Shown here: positions 7,426 through 18,910 of the stretch, one piece after another
Numbering within the stretch: position 1 is the first letter of the stretch
Layout of the letters: the number at the start of each line of letters is the position of its first letter
DNA from: Acidobacteriota bacterium
Lineage (GTDB): Bacteria > Acidobacteriota > Thermoanaerobaculia > Gp7-AA8
Length of the DNA stretch: 31,109 nucleotides
NCBI GenBank assembly: GCA_019244185.1
Contig: JAFATB010000016.1
Location: 1-31,109 of the forward strand
Direction of reading: 5' to 3'
The notes under the pieces: generated by a model
What the model was told of the DNA's origin: nothing
Databases searched by the model: none
Seen by the model: only the letters and a program-made list of their open reading frames with translations
Position numbers and translations under genes: made by a program

Positions 7426-8010
7426 TCACCGCACCGTCGCGACCGGACGATAGCCTGGCGGGCTTGGGTAGTCGCGGCGGTCCGTGAGCTGCGCGAGGGG
7501 CGTGTTCATGATGGGCACGACGTAGCCGGCGATCTTCGCGGTCTTGCCGGTGGGCGTCGGCTTGTCGACTTCGGCGGGGAGGCGGATCTGGATCTTCGAG
7601 GGATCGAGGACCGTCGCGCCGCCCGGTTTGAGGAGCACGTCGGGGATGAAGACGTCGGCGTTGCCGGGGACGCCTTCGAGCAGGAGTTGCGCGTTCTCGG
7701 CACCGGGGGCGCTGATGCCGACGACGGCGTGTTGCGGCGGGACGTCCAGCACGATGAACGCGCCGTTTTCGGCGATGCCGCCGGACGCGTACTGCGCGTT
7801 CTCGACCCAGAGCGACGACGACTGGAACAGCTGCGTGCGGCGCGCGATCTCCGTCTCGATCGTCTCGCCGCGTTTCGCGCCGGCGACGTCGACGATCCAG
7901 CCGCGCACGCTGATCGGATCGTGACTGAGCTCGTAGATCGAGCTCGGATCTTTCTTGCCGCCGCATGCCGCGGCGACGAGCAGGAGCGCGGCGGCGAGTG
8001 TGCGTCGCAT
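7426..8010 (-). CDS. Hypothetical lipoprotein
   Basis: MRRTLAAALLLVAAAC lipobox; genome-typical codon usage. Confidence 0.85.
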   Translation of the reverse strand: MRRTLAAALLLVAAACGGKKDPSSIYELSHDPISVRGWIVDVAGAKRGETIETEIARRTQLFQSSSLWVENAQYASGGIAENGAFIVLDVPPQHAVVGISAPGAENAQLLLEGVPGNADVFIPDVLLKPGGATVLDPSKIQIRLPAEVDKPTPTGKTAKIAGYVVPIMNTPLAQLTDRRDYPSPPGYRPVATVR

Positions 8011-8060
8011 CGGCCGAAGACTAACATGCGCCCCATGCGATAATCGCGGCCGCGTTCATC

Positions 8061-9710
8061 ATGAAACGGTTCCTCCTCGCCGGCGTCGTTCTCGCCTTTG
8101 CTCTCGCGTCGCTTCTCTTCGCGCAGACCTCCGGCTCGGCGACGCTGCGCACGCCCAACGGCGACAAGCCGATCAGCGTCGTGAGTCAGGGAGGGCAGAC
8201 GTATGTGAGCGCGGCGGACGTCGTCGCGGGACTCGGCGGCACGCTCAAGCCTGACTCGACCGGCTACACCGCGACGCTCGGCAACGTCACCGCGGCATTC
8301 GGTCCCGACTCGCGTTTCGGCGTCGTGCGCGATGACCTCATCGAGATGCCGGTGCCGCCGATCGCCGTCGACGGCAAGCCGTACGTGCCGTGGCAGTTCT
8401 TTCAGGGACTGCTGGCGAAGACGGCGTCGATGGATGTGACGTGGGATGCGGCGGCGAACGCGCTGACGGTGAAGCCGATCCAGCGCGACGTCGTCGGCGT
8501 GCAGGTCTCCGTCGCGAACGTGCAGGGCATCTCGAAAATCGTGCTCACGCTCAGCGCGCCGGCCGAATACGCGATCGTCAAAGCGCAGCAGGCGTACACG
8601 GTGCGCTTCAAGTCGCCGGTGCGGCCGCCGTTCGCGGAGCAGACGTATGAGGATCCGTACATCGCGAAGATGACGTTCGCCGGGAGCGACCTGCAGATCG
8701 CGCTGACGGCGCCGGACGTCGTCGGCGACGCGTACAAGCTCGAGAATCCGCCGCGCATCGTGCTCGACCTGCGCAAGGCGGCGACGCCCGCGCCGGGCGT
8801 CGTGCCGCCGGTGCAGCCGGGCTCGAAGCCGGTCGAACTGCCGGGCATCCACACCATCGTCATCGATCCGGGTCACGGTGGACGCGAGGTCGGCGCCATC
8901 GGACCGGGCGGTCTCATGGAGAAAGATGTGACGCTCGCCGTCGCACGCAAGCTCGCCGATTCGCTCGCGGCGAAGACCGGCGCGCGCGTGATGCTGACGC
9001 GCGAGGACGACAGCGTGGTCTCGCTCGATCAGCGCACGGCGATCGCCAATCAGTACAAGGCGGATCTCTTTCTGTCCGTGCACATGAACGCGGCCATCGT
9101 GAAGGGCGCGAAAGGCTCCGAGACGTACTTCCTTTCTCTCGAGGCCTCGGACGAGCTGGCGAAGAAAGCGGCGGAGTCGGAGAACGCGTCCGGCGTCGGC
9201 AACGTGGCCGGCGGCGCGTCGAGCGATCTCAATCTCATCCTGTGGGACCTCGCGCAGCAGACGTATCTCGACGAGTCGAGCCGCTTCGCGCAGGCGATTC
9301 AGGAAGAGATGAACGCCGCGACCGGCGTGCAGAACCGCGGCGTGAAGCAGGCGCCGTTCAAGGTGCTCGTCGGCGCGACGATGCCGGCCGCGCTCGTCGA
9401 AGTCGGCTTCATCACGAATCCCGAGGAAGAGGGAAAGCTCAAGAGCGACGAGTTTCAGAAGCTGATGGTGGACGCGCTGACGCGCGCGGTGGTGCGATAC
9501 AAGACCGACTACGAGACGCGCATCGGCGTCATTCAGCCCGCGCCCGCGACGCCGGCAACCGCGACGGCACCTGCGCCGGCGGCGCCACGGCCCACCACGC
9601 CTGTGCCGGCTACGACAACGACCACGGCGCCAGCGCCCGCGGCGCCGAAGACCACGGCGCCGGCGACCACGACGACTCCGGGAACGACGACGAGGACGGA
9701 ATCGGAGTGA
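8061..9710 (+). CDS. N-acetylmuramoyl-L-alanine amidase (Amidase_3) with N-terminal accessory domains and P/T/A-rich tail
   Basis: Signal peptide; IVIDPGHGG, EKDVTL, FLSVHMNA, PAALVEVGFITN motifs. Confidence 0.95.
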   Translation: MKRFLLAGVVLAFALASLLFAQTSGSATLRTPNGDKPISVVSQGGQTYVSAADVVAGLGGTLKPDSTGYTATLGNVTAAFGPDSRFGVVRDDLIEMPVPPIAVDGKPYVPWQFFQGLLAKTASMDVTWDAAANALTVKPIQRDVVGVQVSVANVQGISKIVLTLSAPAEYAIVKAQQAYTVRFKSPVRPPFAEQTYEDPYIAKMTFAGSDLQIALTAPDVVGDAYKLENPPRIVLDLRKAATPAPGVVPPVQPGSKPVELPGIHTIVIDPGHGGREVGAIGPGGLMEKDVTLAVARKLADSLAAKTGARVMLTREDDSVVSLDQRTAIANQYKADLFLSVHMNAAIVKGAKGSETYFLSLEASDELAKKAAESENASGVGNVAGGASSDLNLILWDLAQQTYLDESSRFAQAIQEEMNAATGVQNRGVKQAPFKVLVGATMPAALVEVGFITNPEEEGKLKSDEFQKLMVDALTRAVVRYKTDYETRIGVIQPAPATPATATAPAPAAPRPTTPVPATTTTTAPAPAAPKTTAPATTTTPGTTTRTESE

Positions 9711-10246
9711 AGCGCGCAGTCGTCGTAGCGCTGGCGATGCTCGTCGTCGCCGGCGGATGTCGCAAGAAGTCGACGCTCACGTCGAATCTCAACGCGGCGA
9801 ACAAAGTGGCGATGCGCAACGTGCGTCTCTACTACGAGTCCCCGCGCATGCTCCTCGGCAGTGAGAACCGCGACGTCGCATTGCCGGAGAGTCCCGGCGC
9901 GGCGTTGCCGGTCGTCTTCCGCGAGCTGGTGAAGGGGCCGCGGCGCGGGACGACGGGGCGCGTGCTGCCGCGCGATACGGTCGTGCGCGCCGTCTATCTG
10001 CTGCCGGGCGGCACCGTCCTTGTGGATCTCGGCGGAGCCACCCTGACGCAGGGGTGGGGAACGGGAAGTCACGAAGAACTGCTGGCGGTCTATTCGCTCG
10101 TCCAGACGGCGACCGCCAATTTCCCCGACGCGCGGCGCGTGCGGATCCTCGTCAACGGCGCGCCCGCGGAGACGCTGGGCGGGCACATCTCGCTCTCGCG
10201 GTCGCTTTCTCCGGTGCCGGCGCTGGTCGAGCCGGCGTCGCGCTGA
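9707..10246 (+). CDS. GerMN domain lipoprotein
   Basis: GTGA overlap with the amidase stop; lipobox VVAGGC; ELVKGP, VYSLVQT, VRILVNG..ETLGGHISL typical of GerMN. Confidence 0.88.
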   Translation: MKRAVVVALAMLVVAGGCRKKSTLTSNLNAANKVAMRNVRLYYESPRMLLGSENRDVALPESPGAALPVVFRELVKGPRRGTTGRVLPRDTVVRAVYLLPGGTVLVDLGGATLTQGWGTGSHEELLAVYSLVQTATANFPDARRVRILVNGAPAETLGGHISLSRSLSPVPALVEPASR

Positions 10247-10420
10247 GACGAGGAATCGCGGCGGCCCTTTCTCCGTTAACATCGTTAACCATGACGTTCC
10301 CGAGCCGGAAACCCGCGAACCGTTCTCGAACCGAACGCTCGTTTTGCTTTCCGCAAACGATGGACTGGAATTCAACGCGTATCTCTCGAAAGATCAGCGG
10401 CTTGTCACGTTCCAGTTACA

Positions 10421-10438
10421 TTGGGAAAAGTTTCACAA
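10421..10438. promoter_or_regulatory. Rex-like operator
   Basis: TTGGGAA-AAGT-TTCACAA versus Rex consensus TTGTGAA-N4-TTCACAA (1 mismatch), just upstream of an extended -10 TGaGATACT (10443-10451). Confidence 0.55.
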
Positions 10439-10460
10439 AGTGTGAGATACTACGCGCCAA

Positions 10461-10652
10461 CGATGAAGATTGCTTTACTGGATGGGAGGGCGGGAACCGC
10501 TTTCTGTTGTACCGCCTCGCCGTTTGCAGCATTCCTCTTTGAACTCTTCCTTGAATCTTACCGACCTAACCATCACACCCCCGAGCGTTAACGCTCCCAC
10601 CATCCAGTAAGGTTCGTCGGACCCCGCCGGAAACGGCGGGGTCGAATTTTTT
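10461..10652 (+). ncRNA. Candidate structured small RNA (family unknown)
   Basis: Promoter-like element upstream, 5'/3' long-range pairing (10461-10485 with 10600-10619), pyrimidine-rich interior, + strand intrinsic terminator. Confidence 0.55.
10620..10652 (+). terminator. Rho-independent terminator
   Basis: GACCCCGCCG-GAAA-CGGCGGGGTC followed by GAATTTTTT. Confidence 0.88.
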
Positions 10653-10672
10653 ATGGGGGTTGCGAGGCGCGG

Positions 10673-11539
10673 TCAGACGAGCGCCGCGACCACCTGCTCC
10701 ACCACGAGACGCACGTCCGCATTCACGGCGAGCCAGCGGATGGCGCCGAGGGACGCGTCGGCGGCGGCGAGGAGCCGTTCGCGGGGGATGTGCTCGCGGA
10801 TCTCGGCGAGCTTCTTCGGATCGAGCGACTCGCGCGGATCGAGAGCGGCGATGTCGCAGAACATCGCCCCCAACAGCGCGATGGCGTCTTTCACGTCGTC
10901 GTGATCGGAGACGATCGCCGCGAGCGCCAGGAGCGCCGCGCTTTCGCCGCGCGTGGCGTAGCGATGCAGCGTGTCGAGGATGTGGCCGGCGAGCTCTTCG
11001 CCGTCGTCGAGCAGCGCGACCTGGCGGATGCGCATGGACTCGCGCGGACCCGTGAGCGCGCGCGCGGTGTCGCCGACGTGGATCTGCTGCGCGCGCGACT
11101 TGATCGTCGGCAGCAGCAGATCGGGCGAGCGCGTGAGCAGGATGAAGTGCGTATCACGCGCGGGCTCTTCGAGCGTCTTGAGCATCGAGTTCGCGCCGGG
11201 GATGCTGAGCGCGTCGGCGGGATCGATGATGAAGACTTTGTTGCGTCCTTCGTACGGGCGCAGCGTCGCCTCGCCGACGAGCTCGCGCACCTGTTCGATG
11301 GAGATGAGCTTCTTGTCGCCGCCGACTTCGAGCACGTGCACGTCGGGATGCGTGCGGCGGTCGATGCGCTGGCACGACGCGCAGTCGTCGCCGGTCGTGC
11401 CTTCGAGGCAGTTCAGCGTCTTCGCGATGCGGATCGAGAGATCGCGCAGCAGCGACGGCGACGGTCCGTGGAGGATGACCGCGTGATGCAGCTCGCCTCG
11501 GCGCGCGGTATCGAGAATCAGCGAAGCGGTGGTGGTCAT
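10673..11539 (-). CDS. holB: DNA polymerase III subunit delta'
   Basis: HPDV, ISIEQVREL, KVFIIDPAD, ANSMLKTLEEP, LLPTIKSR; ATGA overlap downstream of tmk. Confidence 0.92.
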   Translation of the reverse strand: MTTTASLILDTARRGELHHAVILHGPSPSLLRDLSIRIAKTLNCLEGTTGDDCASCQRIDRRTHPDVHVLEVGGDKKLISIEQVRELVGEATLRPYEGRNKVFIIDPADALSIPGANSMLKTLEEPARDTHFILLTRSPDLLLPTIKSRAQQIHVGDTARALTGPRESMRIRQVALLDDGEELAGHILDTLHRYATRGESAALLALAAIVSDHDDVKDAIALLGAMFCDIAALDPRESLDPKKLAEIREHIPRERLLAAADASLGAIRWLAVNADVRLVVEQVVAALV

Positions 11540-12174
11540 GCGAGTAGTTGCGGCGCGCGCGCGCGCACCGCCTCCAGCGTCCGCGCGAACACTTCGTCAA
11601 TGTTCCCACGCGCGTCGACGGTTACGAACCGTTTCGGCTCGGCCAGCGCGAGCGCGAGATAGCCCTCGCGCACGCGGCGGTGAAAGCGCAGGTCTTCCAT
11701 CTCGAGGCGGCTTTCATCGACGGTCATGGTCGAGTTGCGCGCGTGCGCTCGCGCCAGTCCCGTTTCCTCGTCGATGTCGAAGAGCAGCGTGAGGTCGGGA
11801 TGCAAGCCGCCGGTCGCCCATTCATTCAGCGTTTCGAGACGGCCGAGATCGAGCAGGCGTCCGTACCCCTGATACGCGACCGTGGCATCGGTGTAGCGAT
11901 CGCAGAACACCGGCACGCCGCGGTCGAGCGACGGACGGATGATCTCGACGACGTGCTGCCGTCGCGAGGCGGCGTAAAGCAGGAGCTCCGTCATCGGATC
12001 CATCGCCGCGGCGGCGGAGTCGAGCAGGATCGCGCGGATGCGATCGGAGATCGGCGTGCCGCCCGGTTCCTTCGTGACGACGCACGCGCGGCCGGCGGCG
12101 CGGAACCATTCGCCGAGGCGCTGGATCTGCGTCGACTTGCCCGAGCCTTCCGGCCCTTCGAAGGTGATGAACAT
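11536..12174 (-). CDS. tmk: Thymidylate kinase
   Basis: FITFEGPEGSGKSTQ, KEPGGT, CDRYTDATVAYQG. Confidence 0.97.
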   Translation of the reverse strand: MFITFEGPEGSGKSTQIQRLGEWFRAAGRACVVTKEPGGTPISDRIRAILLDSAAAAMDPMTELLLYAASRRQHVVEIIRPSLDRGVPVFCDRYTDATVAYQGYGRLLDLGRLETLNEWATGGLHPDLTLLFDIDEETGLARAHARNSTMTVDESRLEMEDLRFHRRVREGYLALALAEPKRFVTVDARGNIDEVFARTLEAVRARAPQLLA

Positions 12175-12204
12175 CGGCGCGCGGATTCTACTCGGGGCGT
12201 GGCG

Positions 12205-13116
12205 CTATTCGGCGGGCGAGAGCAGGCCGTCGCGCAAGCCGCGCAGGTAGTGCTCGCGCATCAGCGTCTCGAAGACGGACGAGCGGGCGAGGAGGCGAAA
12301 GCGTTCGCCGAGCCGCGCGCGGCGGCGGAGTTTCGCGAGCCGCGTTTCGTCGGCGAACGGACGCGACGTGACTTCGTGCACGCCGAGGAAGCCGCCGAGC
12401 TCGGGATGCTTGCGGAAGAAGATCGCGCCCGATTTGCCGACGGTGTACTGCCGCCGCGCGAACGAGTCGACGGTCATCGGATGATAGTGCCGCGTGATCG
12501 CGCGCGCGTTGTAGTGGATCTTGAGGCCGAGCGCGTCGAGACGGTAGGCGAGCTCGATGTCCTCCCACGCCGCGGCGGGGAACGTCGTGTCGAACGGATG
12601 CGCGGCTAGGAGCGCGCGGTCGATGGAGATGTTCGACGTGTAGAAGAAATTGAACGGCACGACCTCGCCGTCGCGAATGAGCTTGTAGCCGAACTGCAGG
12701 CCGTAGTCGTTGATGTAGTCCATGAACGCGGTGACGCGCTCGCCGTGCGGCCAGCCGGTGTAGCCGAGGCAGGCCACGAGCACGTCATCGTTCGCGTCGC
12801 GGTGCACGCGCGCGTGCTCGGCGAGAAACGACGGTTCGGGCACGGTGTCGTCGCCGATGAACACCACGAACCGTCCGCGCGCGAGCGAGACGCCGTGATT
12901 GCGCGCGCGTCCGGGGCCGCCGTTCGGCTGCGTGCGAAATGTGACGTTCGCTCGCTGCGAGACGGCGCGTTCCGTGTCATCGGTCGAACCGTCGTTGATG
13001 ACGATGGTCTCGAACGGCGGCGCATCGCGCTGCGCGTCGAGCGCGTCGAGGACGCGCAGGAGCATGTCGAGGCGGTTGTAGGTGGGGATGACGATGGAGA
13101 AGTACGGCTCGGTCAT
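12205..13116 (-). CDS. Glycosyltransferase family 2
   Basis: SIVIPTYNR, INDGSTD, NGGPGRARNHG, FIGDD, WEDIELAYRL. Confidence 0.93.
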   Translation of the reverse strand: MTEPYFSIVIPTYNRLDMLLRVLDALDAQRDAPPFETIVINDGSTDDTERAVSQRANVTFRTQPNGGPGRARNHGVSLARGRFVVFIGDDTVPEPSFLAEHARVHRDANDDVLVACLGYTGWPHGERVTAFMDYINDYGLQFGYKLIRDGEVVPFNFFYTSNISIDRALLAAHPFDTTFPAAAWEDIELAYRLDALGLKIHYNARAITRHYHPMTVDSFARRQYTVGKSGAIFFRKHPELGGFLGVHEVTSRPFADETRLAKLRRRARLGERFRLLARSSVFETLMREHYLRGLRDGLLSPAE

Positions 13117-13834
13117 GCGGACGCGCCACCATCAATCGCCAGCACCTGCCCGGTGATTCCGCTCGCGTCGTCCGACAGCAGGAACGCGATGGCGGCGGCG
13201 ACTTCGTCCGGGCGGATCGCGCGCCGCATCGGGATCTGGCGGATCATCTCCCGCTTCACCTCGGCGTCGAGCTCCGCGATCATGTCCGTCTCGACGAGTC
13301 CGGGCGCGACGCAGTTCACGCGCACGCCATTGCGCGCGGTCTCGCGCGCGAGCGAGCGCGTCATCGCGACGAGCGCGCCTTTCGCCGCGGAGTAGTTCGT
13401 CTGTCCGACGACGCCGTGCAGCGCGGAGAGTGAGGCCACGTTCACGATCGCGCCGCGGCGCGCCTGCATCATCAGCGGCAGCACGGCCTTCGTCATCGAC
13501 CACGCGCCGCGCACGTTCGTGTCGAGCACCTCGTCCCACTGCTCGGGCGTCATGTTGTACAGCAGCGCATCGCGGCGGATGCCGGCGTTGTTGACGAGCG
13601 CGTCGATCGCGCCGAAGCGCGCCATGACGCCGTCGGCGACGCGGCGGTTCGCGTCATGATCGCGGATGTCGGCTTCGAACGCCGCGGCGCGCCCTTTCGC
13701 TTCAGCCTCGAACGCGAGCGCGGCATCGCGCGACGCGCTGTAGGTGAACGCGACGGTCCAGCCGTCGACGAGCAGGCGCATCGCGGTGACGCGGCCGATG
13801 CCGCGCGAGCCGCCGGTGATGAGGACGGTTCTGG

Positions 13835-13838
<4 letters not shown>
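13113..13838 (-). CDS. SDR oxidoreductase, FabG-like (3-oxoacyl-ACP reductase family); probable CTG start
   Basis: [27 protein letters not shown]; the only start candidate near the Rossmann motif is CTG overlapping the acs stop. Confidence 0.88.
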
Positions 13839-15784
<1,946 letters not shown>

Positions 15785-15814
15785 GGCCCGCGAATTCTAA
15801 TCCCTCGCGGAGGC

Positions 15815-16510
15815 TCAGACGCTGGCGAACGACGCCGCGATCGATTTGAAAATCTGCAGGCCGTCGGCGTTGCCGAGAATCGATTCCGCGCAGCGCTCGG
15901 GATGCGGCATGAGGCCGAGCACGTTGCGGCCGCGATTGCAGATCCCGGCGATGTGGCGCGCGCTGCCGTTCGGATTCGCCTCGGCGGTGAGGCGCCCTTC
16001 GTCATCGCAGTAGCGGAAGATGACCTGGCCGTTGCGCTCGAGCTCGTCGAGGGTCGCGTCGTCGGCGAAGTAGTTGCCTTCGCCGTGCGCGATCGGCATG
16101 CGCAGGATCTGCCCTTCCGTCAATGCGTTCGTGAACGGCGTGTCGATCTCCTCGGTGCGCAGGATGACGTCGCGGCTGAGGAAGCGCAGGTGCTGATTGC
16201 GCATCAGCGCGCCGGGCAGCAGACCGACTTCGGTCAGCACCTGGAAGCCGTTGCAGATGCCGAGGACGAGACCGCCCGCTTCGGCGTGACGTCGGATCGG
16301 CTCCATGATCGGGGCGAATTTCGCCAGCGCGCCGGCGCGCAGGTAGTCGCCGTACGCGAAGCCGCCGGGCACGATCACGCAGTCGGCGCCTTTGAGGCTC
16401 GTCTCCTTGTGCCACAGCACCTCGGCGTCCGCGCCGAGAACGTCGTGCGCGACGTGCAGCGCATCGTGATCGCAGTTCGAGCCGGGGAGGACGACGACGC
16501 CGAATTTCAT
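15815..16510 (-). CDS. purQ: Phosphoribosylformylglycinamidine synthase subunit PurQ
   Basis: [36 protein letters not shown]. Confidence 0.97.
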   Translation of the reverse strand: MKFGVVVLPGSNCDHDALHVAHDVLGADAEVLWHKETSLKGADCVIVPGGFAYGDYLRAGALAKFAPIMEPIRRHAEAGGLVLGICNGFQVLTEVGLLPGALMRNQHLRFLSRDVILRTEEIDTPFTNALTEGQILRMPIAHGEGNYFADDATLDELERNGQVIFRYCDDEGRLTAEANPNGSARHIAGICNRGRNVLGLMPHPERCAESILGNADGLQIFKSIAASFASV

Positions 16511-16548
16511 ATGCGGATTCTACGGCGGGAGACGTTCACCGCGCGGCT

Positions 16549-17631
16549 CTAGTGCGCGAGCGCGGGATGCGGCAGGTTGTAGATCGTCAGGAAGCCGGCG
16601 CGGTCAGTGGCGACGAGCGTGCTTTTCGTTTTGTCGAACGCGATCGCGTACGCGCTCACGCCGTAAAGCGACGCCGGCGTGACGGCGCGCTGCGAGCCGA
16701 AGAACGCGCCGCTCGCGTCGCAGCGGCGTTCCGCGTACACGAGGTTCGTGTCATTCCCCGCGAATGCCGCGATCTGCGGTCCGCTTCCCACGGGAAGACA
16801 GACGCGGTCGCTGTTCACGAGGTCGCCGAAGTCGATGCGCATGCGCATCACACGCGTCTCGCCGTTCTGCCGTTCCATCGACGGCGCGGGACGCGACACG
16901 AGCGGCTTCTCGTACAGATGTTCGCGGCTCAACGCGACGAGCGCGCGGTCGCCGTTCGCGAACATCGCCGCCTCGATCGTCTCGGTCGTCTGCAGCGGAT
17001 CGCGCGCGACTTCCGCGAACGACGCCGTCTCGTACAGCGCGACGCTCGTCGCCTTCGCGTTGCCGAAGTCCTCGGTCGCCACGATCGCAAGGTACTTGCC
17101 GTTCGCGCTGACGGCGATGGCCATCGGATCGCTCGCGCCGACCGTGCGCAGCTCTTTCTCCGCGTTGCCGTCGTAAACGTGCACCCGGCGGCCGAGGAGA
17201 TAGACGTAGCGGCCTTGCGGATCGGGGAGCACGTCGCGGATCGTTTCGCCTTCGGTGGTGATCTCGCGCAGCACGGCGAGATTCGGGAGCGAGAGGATGC
17301 TCGCGCTCTCGTCGCTGCCGTTGGCGATGAAGAGGCGCGTGCGGTCCGCGTTCGTGCGCAGCGTCACGAGCTCTTTCGTCGACGCGATCTCCGCGGAGTC
17401 GAGGACGACGCGCTGTTTCACGGCGCCGGTGGCGGGATTGATCGCGACGACCGCCTGCGGCTCGGCGAGGCCGGCGTAGACGGTGCCGTCGGCGCCGATG
17501 GCCACGCCGCGCGGATCGCCGGGCAGCGCCCAGCGCTTCACGATCTTGCGATCTTTCGTGGGAACGGCGGTGAGGGTGGTCTGCGCGAAGAGCTGCATCG
17601 CGGCGAGCAGCGTTGCGGCAGTGAGCAGCAC
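16549..17631 (-). CDS. Secreted beta-propeller protein (YncE/YVTN-like); start uncertain
   Basis: Signal-like LLTAATLLAAMQLFA-Q; repeated blades (PRGVAIGADGTVY, PMAIAVSANGKYLAI, YAIAFDK); lies between purS and purQ. Confidence 0.75.
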   Translation of the reverse strand: MLLTAATLLAAMQLFAQTTLTAVPTKDRKIVKRWALPGDPRGVAIGADGTVYAGLAEPQAVVAINPATGAVKQRVVLDSAEIASTKELVTLRTNADRTRLFIANGSDESASILSLPNLAVLREITTEGETIRDVLPDPQGRYVYLLGRRVHVYDGNAEKELRTVGASDPMAIAVSANGKYLAIVATEDFGNAKATSVALYETASFAEVARDPLQTTETIEAAMFANGDRALVALSREHLYEKPLVSRPAPSMERQNGETRVMRMRIDFGDLVNSDRVCLPVGSGPQIAAFAGNDTNLVYAERRCDASGAFFGSQRAVTPASLYGVSAYAIAFDKTKSTLVATDRAGFLTIYNLPHPALAH

Positions 17632-17644
17632 GAGAGCGCGGGAG

Positions 17645-17893
17645 TTACTCCTCGAGAGTGTAGGAGAACTTTTCGATGACGGTGTTTGCGAGAAGCCGCT
17701 CACACATTTGTCGAAGCTGCGTTTCGACGTTCTCCCGTGTCTGCCCACTTTCCGCAAGCGAGATTCGGAACAGCTTCCCCACCCGCACATCTTCCACGCC
17801 CGCGAAGCCGAGCGAGCTCAGCGAGTGTTCGATGGCTTTCCCCTGCGGATCGAGGACGGACGGCTTGAGCTCGACGGTCACGGTTGCGTGCAT
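17645..17893 (-). CDS. purS: Phosphoribosylformylglycinamidine synthase subunit PurS
   Basis: LKPSVLDPQGKAI, VRVGK, MCERLLANTVIE. Confidence 0.96.
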   Translation of the reverse strand: MHATVTVELKPSVLDPQGKAIEHSLSSLGFAGVEDVRVGKLFRISLAESGQTRENVETQLRQMCERLLANTVIEKFSYTLEE

Positions 17894-17906
17894 GGAGGGG
17901 GATTCT

Positions 17907-18021
17907 AGAAGAATGAATGAAGAACGCAGAACGCAGAATGAAGAATTGAGAAAAGAGACCGGTCTCGGTTTCTCAATTCTGCGTTCTGCGTTCTGCGTTC
18001 TGCGTTCTTCATTCAGCTTCT
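17907..18021. repeat. Hairpin built from heptamer tandem repeats (GAACGCA/GAATGAA versus TTCTGCG)
   Basis: Left arm gaagaacgcagaacgcagaatgaagaattgagaaa, right arm tttctcaattctgcgttctgcgttctgcgttctgcgttcttcattca. Confidence 0.85.
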
Positions 18022-18839
18022 CAAAACAACGACATCTGTCCGAGCGGCGCCTTCCGCTCGCGCCTGCGCGCCACGTCGAACACGCCCGTCGGCTCGAACT
18101 GCTTGGCGATGGCGAAGTCGATGCTCGCGCCGGTTCTCCGCAGAAGCCGCGTGCACATGTCGCGGACGATCGACTCGTGGTTGTTCTTCTGTGAGAGATG
18201 AATCATGCAGAGCGTCTTGAGCTCCGCGCCGAGGAGGCGCTGCACGGCGTTGACGGAATCGTCGTTCGAGAGATGGCCGAAGCGCGACATGATGCGGCGC
18301 TTCAATGACCACGGGTACGTGCCGGTGCGGAGCATGTCGAGGTCGTGGTTGGACTCGAAGAAGAGTCCGTCGCAGCCGCTGAGATGGCGCACGACGTCCT
18401 GGCTGACGTATCCGAGGTCGCTGGCGATGCCGACGCGGGTGCCGTCGCGCGCCTCGACGACGAAGCAGGCGGGATCGGCGGCGTCGTGAATCGTTTTGCA
18501 CGCATGCACCTGCAACTCGCCGATGGTGAAACTCGTGTCGTTGTCGAAGACGACCGTCTTCGTCTCCGCCGCGTCGATGCGCGAGGCGTTCAGCGTGCCG
18601 CGCGTGAGATAGATCGGCACCTGGTACTTGCGCGCGAGCGATTCCGCGCCGCGGATGTGATCGTAGTGTTCGTGCGTGACGACGATGGCGGCGAGGTGCT
18701 CGATCTCGCGGCCGACCGTCTCGAGCCGCTTCTTCGTCTCGCGCGGACCGAGGCCCGCGTCGACGAGGATGGCCGTCCCGTCGCTCTCCAGCCAATAGGC
18801 GTTTCCGGCGCTTCCGGAGGAGAGAGGGGCCACGAGCAT
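18021..18839 (-). CDS. MBL-fold metallo-hydrolase (YycJ/WalJ-like)
   Basis: LSSGSAGN, VDAG, THEHYDH, ESNHD, YPWSLKRRI, GHLSN, HLSQKNN. Confidence 0.92.
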   Translation of the reverse strand: MLVAPLSSGSAGNAYWLESDGTAILVDAGLGPRETKKRLETVGREIEHLAAIVVTHEHYDHIRGAESLARKYQVPIYLTRGTLNASRIDAAETKTVVFDNDTSFTIGELQVHACKTIHDAADPACFVVEARDGTRVGIASDLGYVSQDVVRHLSGCDGLFFESNHDLDMLRTGTYPWSLKRRIMSRFGHLSNDDSVNAVQRLLGAELKTLCMIHLSQKNNHESIVRDMCTRLLRRTGASIDFAIAKQFEPTGVFDVARRRERKAPLGQMSLF

Positions 18840-18910
18840 GGACGGATGGTAGCAGACCGCGGCGGGTAGGGATTTCCTCGTTTCCGTCTCTCCTGCTGTA
18901 AGGAGATTCA

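Noticed and set aside
10461-10652. SRP RNA, tmRNA, RNase P RNA or tRNA identity for the intergenic transcript
   Set aside because: None of their signature motifs is visible; left as an unassigned candidate.
11380-11480. Degenerate Walker A and three-Cys zinc site in HolB as a sign of pseudogenisation
   Set aside because: Delta' subunits normally have a degenerate P-loop; the frame is intact and coupled to tmk.
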